DNA of 64,000 bases, from NCBI GenBank assembly GCA_963740315.1, contig CAVUDP010000002.1:1312001-1376000 (forward strand). The letters run 5' to 3'. How positions within the stretch are numbered: position 1 is the first letter of the stretch; each line of letters begins with the position of its first letter. Below the pieces are notes generated by a model. The model worked only from the letters and a program-made list of their open reading frames with translations. It searched no databases and was not told where the DNA came from. Made by a program: the position numbers and the translations under genes. This DNA comes from an uncultured cyanobacterium. GTDB taxonomy: Bacteria > Cyanobacteriota > Cyanobacteriia > Cyanobacteriales > Nostocaceae. Of this stretch, positions 10,543 to 20,148 are shown piece by piece.

Positions 10543-11793
10543 ATGGATAATTTAAAGGCAATTCGTTCTATTTTATCATTCCTGATGGCGTTTTGGGTCG
10601 CATTTGCTAGCCTTTGCTCCCCAGCACTCGCTTTAACAGATGAGCAAAAACTGGTATCTCAAGCTTGGCGAATTGTTAACCGTACTTATTTAGATGACAC
10701 ATTTAATCATCAAAATTGGGCACAAGTGCGGCAAGAAGCTTTGAAAACACGCTTGAAAGATAGCCAAACGGCATATGAAGCAATTCAAAATATGCTCAAA
10801 TCCCTTGATGATCCTTTTACAAGGTTTTTAGATCCCCGCCAGTACCGCAGTTTACAAGTCAATACTTCTGGAGAGTTAACTGGTGTAGGATTGCAAATTG
10901 CTTTAAACCCCGAAGGTAAATTAGAAGTCGTTACACCGATTGCTGGTTCCCCAGCAGAAAAAGCAGGAATTCAACCGCGCGATCGCATTGTTAAAATTGA
11001 AGGTAACTCTACAGAAAATATTACTCTCGACCAAGCAGCTTCCTTGATGCGCGGTAAAATTGGCACTGCTGTTAGTTTAGTTATAGAAAGAGATGGCGCT
11101 GCTGCCAAAGAAATTACAATCGTGCGCGATCGCATTACTTTGAATCCGGTAATTGCTAAATTGCAAAAAGGGAAAGAAAATAAAAACGATATTGGCTATA
11201 TCCGCTTAACTCAATTTAACGCTAATGCTCCAACGGAATTAGCGATCGCAGTTAGCGAATTGGAAGAAAAAGGTGCTGATGGCTACATTTTAGATTTACG
11301 AAACAATCCCGGTGGTTTGTTACAAGCCGGAATAGAAATTGCTCGTCTGTGGTTAGATTCAGGTATTGTAGTTTATACAGTAAACCGACAAGGCATTCAA
11401 GGCAACTTTGAATCTTTTGGCCCAGCATTAACACAAGACCCATTAGTTATATTAGTTAATCAGGGAACGGCTAGTGCCAGCGAAATTTTAGCAGGCGCAC
11501 TACAAGACAACAAACGTGCAACTCTCGTAGGAGAAAAAACCTTTGGTAAAGGCTTAATTCAATCATTATTTGAACTATCAGATGGTTCCGGCTTAGCAGT
11601 GACAATTGCTAAATATGAAACCCCCAGTCATCGAGACATTAATAAGCTAGGCATTACTCCAGATAAAGTAATTTCCTCTCCCGCAATAAAACTGCAAGAA
11701 GTAGCGACTTCATCAGACACTCAATATCAAGCAGCAGTAGAGCTTTTAGAAGAAACAGTTAACAGCCAGCAGTTAGTAGTTAGGAGTAGTTAA
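10543..11793 (+). CDS. ctpA: C-terminal processing protease (S41, D1-processing type)
   Basis: PDZ domain, DLRNNPGG, TASASEI and TFGKGLIQ; divergent from petB. Confidence 0.9.
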   Translation: MDNLKAIRSILSFLMAFWVAFASLCSPALALTDEQKLVSQAWRIVNRTYLDDTFNHQNWAQVRQEALKTRLKDSQTAYEAIQNMLKSLDDPFTRFLDPRQYRSLQVNTSGELTGVGLQIALNPEGKLEVVTPIAGSPAEKAGIQPRDRIVKIEGNSTENITLDQAASLMRGKIGTAVSLVIERDGAAAKEITIVRDRITLNPVIAKLQKGKENKNDIGYIRLTQFNANAPTELAIAVSELEEKGADGYILDLRNNPGGLLQAGIEIARLWLDSGIVVYTVNRQGIQGNFESFGPALTQDPLVILVNQGTASASEILAGALQDNKRATLVGEKTFGKGLIQSLFELSDGSGLAVTIAKYETPSHRDINKLGITPDKVISSPAIKLQEVATSSDTQYQAAVELLEETVNSQQLVVRSS

Positions 11794-11907
11794 GGTTAAA
11801 GGTTAAAGGTTAAAGGTTAAAGGTTAAAATTCCCCTTGTCCCCTTGTCCCCTTGTCCCCCCATCTCCCCATCTCCCCATCTCCCCCTCTCCCCTCCATGC
11901 CCCATCC

Positions 11908-12597
11908 TTAAAGAAGCGATGGCGCTGCGAGTAATTCGGTTAAATCAAGCTTGGCTAAACGGTTGTAGGCATTATCTATCAAACGTTCTCCTCGGAGAAA
12001 GCCAGTGTTTGCACCAGGACAGATGTATTGGAGGGTTCGATCGGTGAAAGTTTCTAGTAAAATCTTGATACTTTTGATTTGTCGGTGCCAGTGAAAGGTT
12101 TTAGATGTTCTTAAAGGTACTGGTTCTTTTTCCCGGTTGGGAACTAAATGCCTTCCAGTAAATAATATTCCTCCCTCGGAATTGTAATATAAACAAGACG
12201 AACCGGGAGAATGACCGGGTGTCCAAATTACCTGCAATCCTGAATCGATAGTAAACTTTTCGCTTATAGCAGTTACCTTTGATTCAGGCAATAAATAAGC
12301 TTCTTGCTCTTGAATTAAAATTTCACAGCCAAAAGTTTTTTGAATTTCCGCACTTTTACCAATTGCACCGCGATGGCTAATAAACAACCAACGTACACCA
12401 CCCTTACTTTCTAGAAAATCCTGATTATTTTTGTCCCAAGCGGGACAATCAATGAGAATATTGCCTTCGTTTCTTACAATGAAATAAGCGGTTCCCCCTA
12501 AAGTGTCCCGATTGGGAGGAAATGCAATTATAGAGTTGAGAATTGTCCGTGGTGGCTTGTGTGTGTGATGACTTTGCTCTGGAAATGGAGGGCACAT
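11908..12597 (-). CDS. MBL-fold metallo-hydrolase-like protein
   Basis: NILIDCP, FISHRG, TPGHSPGSSC and ILFTGRHL; the metal motif is degenerate. Confidence 0.8.
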   Translation of the reverse strand: MCPPFPEQSHHTHKPPRTILNSIIAFPPNRDTLGGTAYFIVRNEGNILIDCPAWDKNNQDFLESKGGVRWLFISHRGAIGKSAEIQKTFGCEILIQEQEAYLLPESKVTAISEKFTIDSGLQVIWTPGHSPGSSCLYYNSEGGILFTGRHLVPNREKEPVPLRTSKTFHWHRQIKSIKILLETFTDRTLQYICPGANTGFLRGERLIDNAYNRLAKLDLTELLAAPSLL

Positions 12598-12666
12598 AAG
12601 AAAAAGACTGTTTTAAGGAGAAAATGCTTGAAATCAAGGTTAATGCAAGGTTTAATACACCTAGTT

Positions 12667-12870
12667 AAAACCTTGGTATGTTCCGGATATTTCTGGGATT
12701 TACCGGCGCTAGGTTGCAGACTCAGGACTTTTGTCCTACGTTGATTAAGTCATGATACCTATAAATGAACGCCAGTTTGCAGCTAAGCACGTTAGTAATT
12801 AAGGTAAAGGTGAAACGTGTTACTAACCTAAAAAACTTTTTCAACACTGTCGAGGCAAACATTACCAATT
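12667..12870 (+). ncRNA. Putative omegaRNA (HEARO-like) of IscB; boundaries approximate
   Basis: Ordered motifs GTTG-CAGACTCAG, hairpin AGGAC-TTTT-GTCCT, CTACGTT, ATACCTATAAATG..CCAGTTTGCAGCT, stem GTTAGTAA/TTACTAAC, GTTGATTAAGT pairing with ACTTTTTCAAC, then AACACTGTCGAGG just before the iscB ATG. Confidence 0.75.
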
Positions 12871-12886
12871 ATGAGTTGCACTAACC

Positions 12887-14146
12887 ATGCAAAACTATGT
12901 ATTTGTAATTGACACAAACAAACGACTACTTAATCCAATAAGCCCAAAGAAAGCACGTAGATTATTAGATAAAGGCAAAGCTGCTGTTTTTAGAATGTAC
13001 CCTTTTACAATCATTTTGAAAACTGCGATTGAAAAACCGACTTTAACACCTTGTCAAATAAAGATCGATCCAGGCAGTAAAGTCACAGGCTTTACTTTGG
13101 TGCGAGAAAGTCAAGTAATTTGGGCAATGGAATTAGAACATAGAGGAGGTTTAATTAAGAAGAAATTAGCCCAAAGAAAAGCAGTAAGATGCGGTAGACG
13201 TAACCGAAACACTCGCTACAGAAAACCCCGCTTTTTAAATCGCAAGCGTAGTAAAAGCTGGCTAACACCAAGCTTGGAGCATCGCGTATTAACAATTAAA
13301 ACTTGGGTTAATCGCTTAATAAAATTTGTACCTATATCAGAAATATGGGTAGAAAAAGTTAAGTTTGATATGCAACAAATGCAAAATCCAGAAATATCAG
13401 GCATTGAGTATCAACAAGGTACCTTATGGGGTTATCAAGTACGTGAATACTTACTTGAAAAGTGGGGTAGAGACTGTACTTATTGCGGTAAAAAAGATGT
13501 CCCATTACAGATAGAACACATTCATCCAAAGTCAAAAGGAGGTAGTAACAGAGTTAGCAATTTATGTTTAGCTTGTTCCAAGTGTAATCAGAAAAAAGGG
13601 AATAAATCTGTTGAGGAATTATTAAAAGAGAAACCGGACTTGCTACAAAAAATAAAAACCAAGAGTAAAAAACCATTGAAAGACGCGGCAGCAGTAAACG
13701 CGACGAGAAACAAATTAGTAAAGGTTTTAAGTGTTATTAAACCTGTCATAACTGGTAATGGAGCGCAAACAAAGTTTAATCGCATTCGATTAAACCTACC
13801 TAAACAACACTGGATTGATGCGGCTTGTGTTGGTGAAGTTGATAGTTTAGTTCTAAAAACTAACCAACCATTACGAGTAGTTTGTAAAGGACAAGGAGGT
13901 AGGCAGAAAGCAGCCTTAAACAAGTGCGGCTATCCTATACGACACAACCCGCTCAAACCTATTAAGGGTTGGTGTAGTGGAGATATAGCGAAAAACATGA
14001 AGTCGGGCGCTTTTGGTAGAGTCAACCCTAGAACCAGTAGTAACTCATTCAATTTCACCGTTTTAGGTATGAAAGCTATTAATGTTCATGTGAAAAACTT
14101 AACCAAAGTGCATCAAAAGGATGGATACATTTACAGCTTTTACTAG
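12887..14146 (+). CDS. iscB: IscB RNA-guided endonuclease (IS200/IS605 OMEGA; PLMP/RRXRR, split RuvC, HNH)
   Basis: VFVIDTNKRLLNP (PLMP-like), RuvC-I IDPGSK, Arg-rich bridge helix, RuvC-II VEKVKFD, HNH CTYC..EHIHPKSKGGSNRVSNLCLACSKCNQKKGN, RuvC-III HWIDAACVG. Confidence 0.95.
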   Translation: MQNYVFVIDTNKRLLNPISPKKARRLLDKGKAAVFRMYPFTIILKTAIEKPTLTPCQIKIDPGSKVTGFTLVRESQVIWAMELEHRGGLIKKKLAQRKAVRCGRRNRNTRYRKPRFLNRKRSKSWLTPSLEHRVLTIKTWVNRLIKFVPISEIWVEKVKFDMQQMQNPEISGIEYQQGTLWGYQVREYLLEKWGRDCTYCGKKDVPLQIEHIHPKSKGGSNRVSNLCLACSKCNQKKGNKSVEELLKEKPDLLQKIKTKSKKPLKDAAAVNATRNKLVKVLSVIKPVITGNGAQTKFNRIRLNLPKQHWIDAACVGEVDSLVLKTNQPLRVVCKGQGGRQKAALNKCGYPIRHNPLKPIKGWCSGDIAKNMKSGAFGRVNPRTSSNSFNFTVLGMKAINVHVKNLTKVHQKDGYIYSFY

Positions 14147-14213
14147 AAATTACTAGGCTTTTAGCGCTCTATTGTTAACAGCAAGACAAACAATCAGAAT
14201 AACTGAAAATAAA

Positions 14214-15680
14214 ATGACATTCTTCCTGATTATTCTAGGAATATTTACTTACTATATTCTCAGACGAACTGTTACAAAAGTAACAAAGACTCCAACTTGG
14301 ATTTTGTGGTTAGTATTGATGGCTCCACCCATAATATGGACTGGTTGGACAATAAAATACGAAACCCAACTACCACTAGCATTAGTATTTGGGACATTAG
14401 TAATTAGTTCGGTGTTATACTTCATACTATTTGAGTCGGGGCGTAGCTCGATAAAAGAGCAGAAGAATCAATCCCAAACACTCGAAACACAATCGGCTAT
14501 ACATCCTACCGTAGAATCAGCACCAGTGCGTCCTATTGAACCAGCAGAAGAAAAACAACTGCGCGAGTGTTTTCCTTGGTCTGTATACTATATTCATAAT
14601 ATTGAATATCGTCCCCAAACAGTGATTTGTCGAGGTCAGTTAAAAACTTCGGCGACAAAGGCTTATCAGCAAGTAAAGGAAAATATCGAATCAGAATTTG
14701 GCGATCGCTTCATCCTAATTTTTCAAGAAGATATAAATGGCAAACCAATATTTTTGCTAGTTCCCAATCATCAGCAGCAGAAAGCATCTTCACAAAAACC
14801 CGAACAGTTAACTCAACCGGGTTTAGCCTTGTTGTTACTCGCGGCAACTTTGATAACTACTACTTTAGTGGGAACGAGGATTGCTGGTATTGAAACCAAA
14901 GAACTATGGCCTAATCCCGGTTTAATATTACAAGGATTGCCGTATGCCATATCGTTGATGACCATTTTAGGCATACACGAAATGGGACACTATTTAGCAG
15001 CAAAGTTTTACAAAATTCGCACTACACTGCCTTATTTTATTCCCATGCCTCTTTTCTTGGGAACCTTTGGTGCATTTATTCAGATGCGAAGTCCCGTACC
15101 TAATCGTAAAGCTTTATTCGACGTTGGGATTGCCGGTCCTGTTGCAGGTTTTTTCGCAAGTTTACCTTTTTTGATATGGGGTTTACTTAATTCAAATGTA
15201 GTTCCCCTAAGCGACGAAGCACAACTGTTAAATACTGACGCTTTAAATCCCAGCCATTCTATATTAATCGCGCTGTTATCAAAATTAACGCTAGGCGCTC
15301 GGTTAAGCTCTAATATGGCAATAGACTTACATCCAGTAGCGGTAGCTGGTTTTTTGGGGATAATTGTCACGGCATTAAATTTGATGCCTGTAGGACAACT
15401 TGATGGCGGGCACATTATTCATGCAATGTTTGGACAGAAAACAGCAAGGATTATTGGACAAATTGCTCGTTTATTGCTGTTGTTACTTTCTTTAATTCAG
15501 TCAGAATATTTATTGTGGGCGATTTATTTGATATTTGTACGTCTGACAGACGAACCCGCTTTAAACGATGTGACTGAACTAGATAATAAACGAGATGTTT
15601 TTGGGCTTTTAGCAATTGGACTGTTAATTTTGATTGTGTTCCCATTACCACAGACAGTTGCTCGGTTGTTAAATATCTAA
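14214..15680 (+). CDS. Site-2 protease family (M50) membrane metalloprotease
   Basis: HEMGH, AGPVAG and NLMPVGQLDGGH; multiple TM segments; ATG at 14214. Confidence 0.92.
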   Translation: MTFFLIILGIFTYYILRRTVTKVTKTPTWILWLVLMAPPIIWTGWTIKYETQLPLALVFGTLVISSVLYFILFESGRSSIKEQKNQSQTLETQSAIHPTVESAPVRPIEPAEEKQLRECFPWSVYYIHNIEYRPQTVICRGQLKTSATKAYQQVKENIESEFGDRFILIFQEDINGKPIFLLVPNHQQQKASSQKPEQLTQPGLALLLLAATLITTTLVGTRIAGIETKELWPNPGLILQGLPYAISLMTILGIHEMGHYLAAKFYKIRTTLPYFIPMPLFLGTFGAFIQMRSPVPNRKALFDVGIAGPVAGFFASLPFLIWGLLNSNVVPLSDEAQLLNTDALNPSHSILIALLSKLTLGARLSSNMAIDLHPVAVAGFLGIIVTALNLMPVGQLDGGHIIHAMFGQKTARIIGQIARLLLLLLSLIQSEYLLWAIYLIFVRLTDEPALNDVTELDNKRDVFGLLAIGLLILIVFPLPQTVARLLNI

Positions 15681-15977
15681 TTAGTGTAGAGTAAAAGTAA
15701 TATAGCTTTTAACATAATCCATAACGTTGCTTCAAAGCTTTTTCTGTCTGGGGGAGGAGTATTTTAGAGACGGCTTAAAAATGCATTGCACTTAATCGGG
15801 AACCGCCATTATATCTACTTAAAATATGTTTACATTTAGAAAAAAATCTCGAATAGTAAATTTTTAACTCTACAGAATGGCTTTATTTACTATATGATGA
15901 TGTATCATTCTATAGTTTATCGAAACTAAACTTAAGATGAATAATTAACTATATTTACGTTAAGGATAAAAATAGGG

Positions 15978-17552
15978 ATGACATTGCTAATTCTCTCCAC
16001 GGTATCAGTAATTTTTGTCGGAATAGTTACTATATTAGTTTTGCAAATAAAAAATGCGATCGGTGACAGTAAAATCGAACAAGAAAAACTATTAAAACTT
16101 GTAGAAGATACAAGCGAATTAAATAAACAGTTAACTCAGATAGTTGCTGATAATAGTAAAAATCAAACCGAGTCTTCCCAATTATTAAAAAGTCAGGTAG
16201 AAAATTTAACTCAAAATACAGCTTCTGTGTTAACTAATCTAGATCGGTTAGATAAAGCTAATACTCAAACAAGAGACAGTCTTACTCAAGCTCTAGGAAG
16301 TAATAACAGCCAACAGCAAGAAACTTTAACAGCATTGAGCGCAAAATTAGAAGCTGTTGATTCTGTTTCTAGTAAAGTAGAGAATCTTACCAAAACTACT
16401 GAAAAAATTGAAAGTCATCTAAATCAATTAGATGAAGCTAATACTCAAACTAGAGACAGTCTTACTCAAGCTTTAGGAAGCAATAACAGCCAACAGCAAG
16501 AAAGTTTAAAAGCATTGAGCGAGAAATTAGAAGCTGTTAATTCTGTTTCTAGTAAAGTAGAGAATCTAACTAAAACTACTGAAAAAATTGAAAGTCATCT
16601 TTCGCAGTTAGATGAAGCAAATACTCAAACTAGAGAAAGTCTTACTCAAGCATTAGGAAGTAATAACAGCCAACAGCAAGAAAGTTTAAAAGCATTAAGC
16701 GAAAAATTAGAAGCTGTTAATTCTGTTTCTACTAAAGTAGAGAATCTAATTAAAACTACTGAAAAAATAGAAAGTCATCTTTCGCAGTTAGATGAAGTTA
16801 ATACTCAAACCAGAGACAGTCTTACTCAAGCTTTAGGAAGTAATAACAGCCAACAGCAAGAAGCCTTAAAAGCATTAAGCGAGAAATTAGAAGCTGTTAA
16901 TTCTGTTTCTAGTAAAGTAGAGGATTTAACCAAAAATACAGAGAAACTTGAAAAACATCTGACTCAGTTGGATAAAGCTAATACTCAAACCAGAGACAGT
17001 CTTACTCAAGCTCTTGAAGCAAATAACAGCCAACAGCAAGAAGCCTTAAAAGCACTAAATAAAAAGCTAGAAAGTGTTTCCAATGTTTCTAGCAATGTAG
17101 AGAAACTTGAAAAACATCTGACTCAGTTGGATAAAGCTAATACCCATACTAGAGAAAATCTTACTAAAACTATAGAAGGTAATAGTCAGACACAACAACA
17201 ATTACAAGCACTTAGTGAGAAATTAGAAGCAGTTTCTAAAGTCGTAAGTAAAGTTGATAATTTGACCAAAACTACTGAAAAACTTGAAAAACAAATTGCT
17301 CAGCTAGATAAAACTAATACTCAATCGGAAAATAACCCCAATCAAGCAGCAATAGAAGCACAACTAAGCGATCGCCAAGAACAATTAAAAGCTATTGTTG
17401 AAAAATTATCCGGATTTGAGGCAATGAAAACTCAAATCGATAATGTGGTGAAGACAGTAACGAAGCTTGAAAGTAGCTTGAATCAAACATCACAAGCTAG
17501 AAAGCCGAAAAGCAGAAGTACCAATACTAGGAAGGGTACATCACTTGGTTGA
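15978..17552 (+). CDS. Membrane-anchored coiled-coil protein with 60-aa tandem repeats
   Basis: N-terminal hydrophobic helix, Q/E/K/S/T/L-rich heptads and repeated ANTQTRDSLTQALGSNNSQQQE units. Confidence 0.85.
   Translation: MTLLILSTVSVIFVGIVTILVLQIKNAIGDSKIEQEKLLKLVEDTSELNKQLTQIVADNSKNQTESSQLLKSQVENLTQNTASVLTNLDRLDKANTQTRDSLTQALGSNNSQQQETLTALSAKLEAVDSVSSKVENLTKTTEKIESHLNQLDEANTQTRDSLTQALGSNNSQQQESLKALSEKLEAVNSVSSKVENLTKTTEKIESHLSQLDEANTQTRESLTQALGSNNSQQQESLKALSEKLEAVNSVSTKVENLIKTTEKIESHLSQLDEVNTQTRDSLTQALGSNNSQQQEALKALSEKLEAVNSVSSKVEDLTKNTEKLEKHLTQLDKANTQTRDSLTQALEANNSQQQEALKALNKKLESVSNVSSNVEKLEKHLTQLDKANTHTRENLTKTIEGNSQTQQQLQALSEKLEAVSKVVSKVDNLTKTTEKLEKQIAQLDKTNTQSENNPNQAAIEAQLSDRQEQLKAIVEKLSGFEAMKTQIDNVVKTVTKLESSLNQTSQARKPKSRSTNTRKGTSLG
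16251..17330 (+). repeat. Intragenic 180-bp tandem repeat
   Basis: Units start at 16251, 16431, 16611, 16791 and 16971 (period 180), then 17130 and 17307 (shortened, diverged). Confidence 0.95.
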
Positions 17553-17561
17553 TAATTGATT

Positions 17562-17592
17562 TGTAGAGACGCGATACTATCAGCGTCTCTAC
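17562..17592. repeat. GTAG-type REP-like palindrome between convergent genes
   Basis: GTAGAGACGCGATACTATCAGCGTCTCTAC; related palindromes near 24362 (GTAGAGACGTAGCACTGCTACGTCTCT) and 31573 (GTAGAGACTCCGCACTGCGGAGTCTC). Confidence 0.7.
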
Positions 17593-17598
17593 ATTAAA

Positions 17599-18162
17599 TT
17601 ACGATGCGGTGTTGGTTGCTGCATCATTTGTTTGTGCAGCAGGTGTTCCACCCATACGAATTTCAGAAGTGAAAGAAGCCATGCTAAAACCACCGAAGCG
17701 TTTAAGAATACCAACGCGCATCCGTAAATTTGGACTTGCAAACCATAAACGTTCTTCAGACGACATGGTTTCGTATTCTGTAATTAGAGTCAGTGCATCG
17801 TCGTCGCCCATTTTATAACTTCCGGCAACTGGGGTTTTCTCTGCATAACCCATTTCTCGCAGTAACTTTCCCAACATCGGGTTATCTGCATCTGGTACCG
17901 CAACCAAAACTGTCGAACCCTCGTGTTTTTCTTTATCCCACTCCATTGTGCCGTTCCAAGTGACTCTAGCCCCAGAGTTTGTACTGCTGGGTTCAACTTG
18001 ATGTTGTTCGCACAGTTTAATTACTTCTGGATGGTCGGCAGCTAAACTTTCAATAATAATATCTGATTTACCGCCTTCGGATTGTTTAAAAGCCAGATGA
18101 TGGCTAGTACGATGGGAAAACCATTTACCAGCACTTAATTCAAAAAACTCTTCAATATTCAT
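17599..18162 (-). CDS. cpcS: Phycobiliprotein chromophore lyase, CpcS/CpeS family
   Basis: [23 protein letters not shown] and [14 protein letters not shown]...SEIR. Confidence 0.9.
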   Translation of the reverse strand: MNIEEFFELSAGKWFSHRTSHHLAFKQSEGGKSDIIIESLAADHPEVIKLCEQHQVEPSSTNSGARVTWNGTMEWDKEKHEGSTVLVAVPDADNPMLGKLLREMGYAEKTPVAGSYKMGDDDALTLITEYETMSSEERLWFASPNLRMRVGILKRFGGFSMASFTSEIRMGGTPAAQTNDAATNTAS

Positions 18163-18387
18163 CAATCAAATTACCTTACGTCAAAATTTTTATAATCTCA
18201 CTTTTAAAAATGTAACAGCAAGCAAGTACTATCTTTTAATAAAGTCAACAAAATCAAATCTTTCGTAACTTTACGCGATCGCTTGCGGTAACTACAAAAA
18301 TGTCTATTAGCTATGAACGGGCAGGGATGCCCGTACCACAAGATACCTATTCCAAAAATTTTTTATTCATAATGGGATGTAGTCTGA

Positions 18388-19071
18388 TTATCCCATTTGA
18401 TTGTTCGCTTGTTCAAGTCTTGATAGCGAAATTGTTGCCGATTCACTAACGTGAGAGTGGCTATCTTTTTCTAAGTACTTTAAAGCTGAGATACTTTTAT
18501 CGGTGGGAAGATGACCTAAAGCTTCTGCTAAACGCTGACGTACTAACCAATCTTCCGATTGAGCAAAGCGAAGAATTTTGTCTACAGAATCGATATCTTT
18601 GATTTCTCCCAACGCTGCGATCGCCGCTTGTTGGATGACAATTTCTTCACTTTCTAAGGCTTTGTAAAGTACTTCCTTAGCGCGAGTATCTTTCAAATTC
18701 CCAAGCGCTACAGCAGCACTAAAACGTACCAGCCAATCTGTATCTTCATAAAATGCTCGCGATAGCGGCTCTAAAGCCCTCGGATCGCCCAAATATCCTA
18801 AAGCACCCGCAGCATCGGCTCTGATGCCATAATCCGAGTCAGCTTGCAGTGTTTGTATTAAAATCGGATAGCAATCTGGTGTTTGTTTAATCCCCAAAGC
18901 AAATATCGCCATCGATCGCAGTTGCAGAGATTCATCATCAAGCACCTTTTTAATTAAAGGCACTGCATCCTCTGCGGGGACATTCCTCAAAGAAGCAAGG
19001 GCTACCATTCTATCTCTTAAAGAAGAACTTTCTAATTGAGTAGTAATTTCTTGTAAGCTTGAATCTGACAT
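18388..19071 (-). CDS. nblB: PBS-lyase HEAT-repeat protein (NblB-like)
   Basis: Tandem HEAT_PBS repeats (IRADAAGALG, VRFSAAVALG, VRQRLAEALG), adjacent to cpcS. Confidence 0.75.
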   Translation of the reverse strand: MSDSSLQEITTQLESSSLRDRMVALASLRNVPAEDAVPLIKKVLDDESLQLRSMAIFALGIKQTPDCYPILIQTLQADSDYGIRADAAGALGYLGDPRALEPLSRAFYEDTDWLVRFSAAVALGNLKDTRAKEVLYKALESEEIVIQQAAIAALGEIKDIDSVDKILRFAQSEDWLVRQRLAEALGHLPTDKSISALKYLEKDSHSHVSESATISLSRLEQANNQMG

Positions 19072-19085
19072 TTAATTTAAAAATA

Positions 19086-19103
19086 GTTACTAATAGTTAC
19101 ATT
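19086..19103. promoter_or_regulatory. Candidate HLR1 (RpaB-binding) site upstream of nblB
   Basis: GTTACTAA-TA-GTTACATT matches (G/T)TTACA(T/A)(T/A)-N2-(G/T)TTACA(T/A)(T/A) with one mismatch. Confidence 0.5.
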
Positions 19104-19135
19104 TCTATAAGTAACATTACCTTAGCTAAGATACA

Positions 19136-19699
19136 TTAGCCTGATGGCAGGTTTTTACGATAATTTTTCATTAACCATAGCAATACAATACCAGTAATCG
19201 CCGCACTTGCAGCCCAGCCTATGCCATTCGATATACTCCCACCGCCAAATTTACAGGTAACTGCACAAACATAAGAACCTACCCCACCTCTAACAGCACC
19301 ACTTAAAGCGCTGGCAACTATCCACCAACCCGCATATCGAAAGTGACGACGCAACACCAACCACTGTGCAAATCCCAAAACTGCGAAATTTATTGGTCCA
19401 TAAGCAAGATTAAACCCTAATACTTGCCAAAATCCGCCTACAGATGTCAGAAAATCAACTACAGGATTAAGAATATCCCGAGTAAATATGTATACATAAA
19501 TACCTAATATCCAACCAAAACCGCTTGCAGGTATCCACCAAATAGCAGACTTTATATAACGTTGTAAAACCAACCATTGGGCTATTCCAATCACAAATCC
19601 ACTGGCGATTAATTCCCAGAAAAAATCAGTAGGTGCTGCCACATAACCGATAAAAGCACCACCTGCACCAGTTGCTAAAATCCAGAATAACCACAACAT
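19136..19699 (-). CDS. Multi-pass membrane hypothetical protein (internally duplicated AQWLVL-R motif)
   Basis: GIAQWLVLQRY..WWI and GFAQWLVLRRH..WWI. True start at ATG 19699; the upstream ORF extension is STRR-derived. Confidence 0.75.
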   Translation of the reverse strand: MLWLFWILATGAGGAFIGYVAAPTDFFWELIASGFVIGIAQWLVLQRYIKSAIWWIPASGFGWILGIYVYIFTRDILNPVVDFLTSVGGFWQVLGFNLAYGPINFAVLGFAQWLVLRRHFRYAGWWIVASALSGAVRGGVGSYVCAVTCKFGGGSISNGIGWAASAAITGIVLLWLMKNYRKNLPSG

Positions 19700-19709
19700 A
19701 ATTTGTAAT

Positions 19710-19876
19710 TGGGGAGAGGGGGGAGATGGGGAGATGGGGAGATGGGGAGATGGGGAGATGGGGAGATGGCGAGATGGGGTTCGGGGGAGATGGGGAGATG
19801 GGGAGATGGCGAGATGGGGAGATGGCGAGAGACAGGGAAGGAGACAAGGGGACAAGGGGACAAGGGGACAAGGGGA
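19710..19876. repeat. STRR array (GGGGAGAT octamers, GGGGACAA)
   Basis: Tandem 8-mers seen directly. Confidence 0.9.
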
Positions 19877-19889
19877 AATTAATTTCTAA

Positions 19890-20078
19890 CTAGTACCACA
19901 CCGCTTAAATAGCGCACCCATTAAAATGGTCAGAAGTCGGGTTTTTATAAAATTCGTAAGTGTATTACAGATACGTATTCTAAAAACCCGACTTCTCAAC
20001 CGGAGCCGAGCCGTGTCTTCTTGTGGTCTTTAAGTCCGGTTATTATATGGGTACCTGACAAACGCCCGTCTGTACTAG
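19890..20078. mobile_element. ~189-bp MITE-like element with CTAGTAC...GTACTAG ends
   Basis: Inverted termini CTAGTACCACACCGC / CGCCCGTCTGTACTAG and an internal perfect 16-bp IR AGAAGTCGGGTTTTTA / TAAAAACCCGACTTCT. Confidence 0.55.
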
Positions 20079-20148
20079 CTACTCGCTACTTATTAAAAAC
20101 TCACAACTCCTAACTCTTTGATAATTGATAATTGATAATTGATAATTG

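Noticed and set aside
12682..12687. TCCGGA as a DIF1 heterocyst promoter motif upstream of omegaRNA/iscB
   Set aside because: A 6-mer expected several times by chance, and it can be explained as part of an RNA stem.
16251..17330. Long repeats as a CRISPR or DGR template
   Set aside because: They are in-frame coding repeats with no spacers and no reverse transcriptase nearby.
19626..19871. Pro/Ser/His-rich ORFs (also 11844, 38053, 39260, 44290, 44430, and N-terminal extensions at 19855 and 55904)
   Set aside because: These are translations of CCCCATCT/GGGGAGAT STRR arrays, not proteins.
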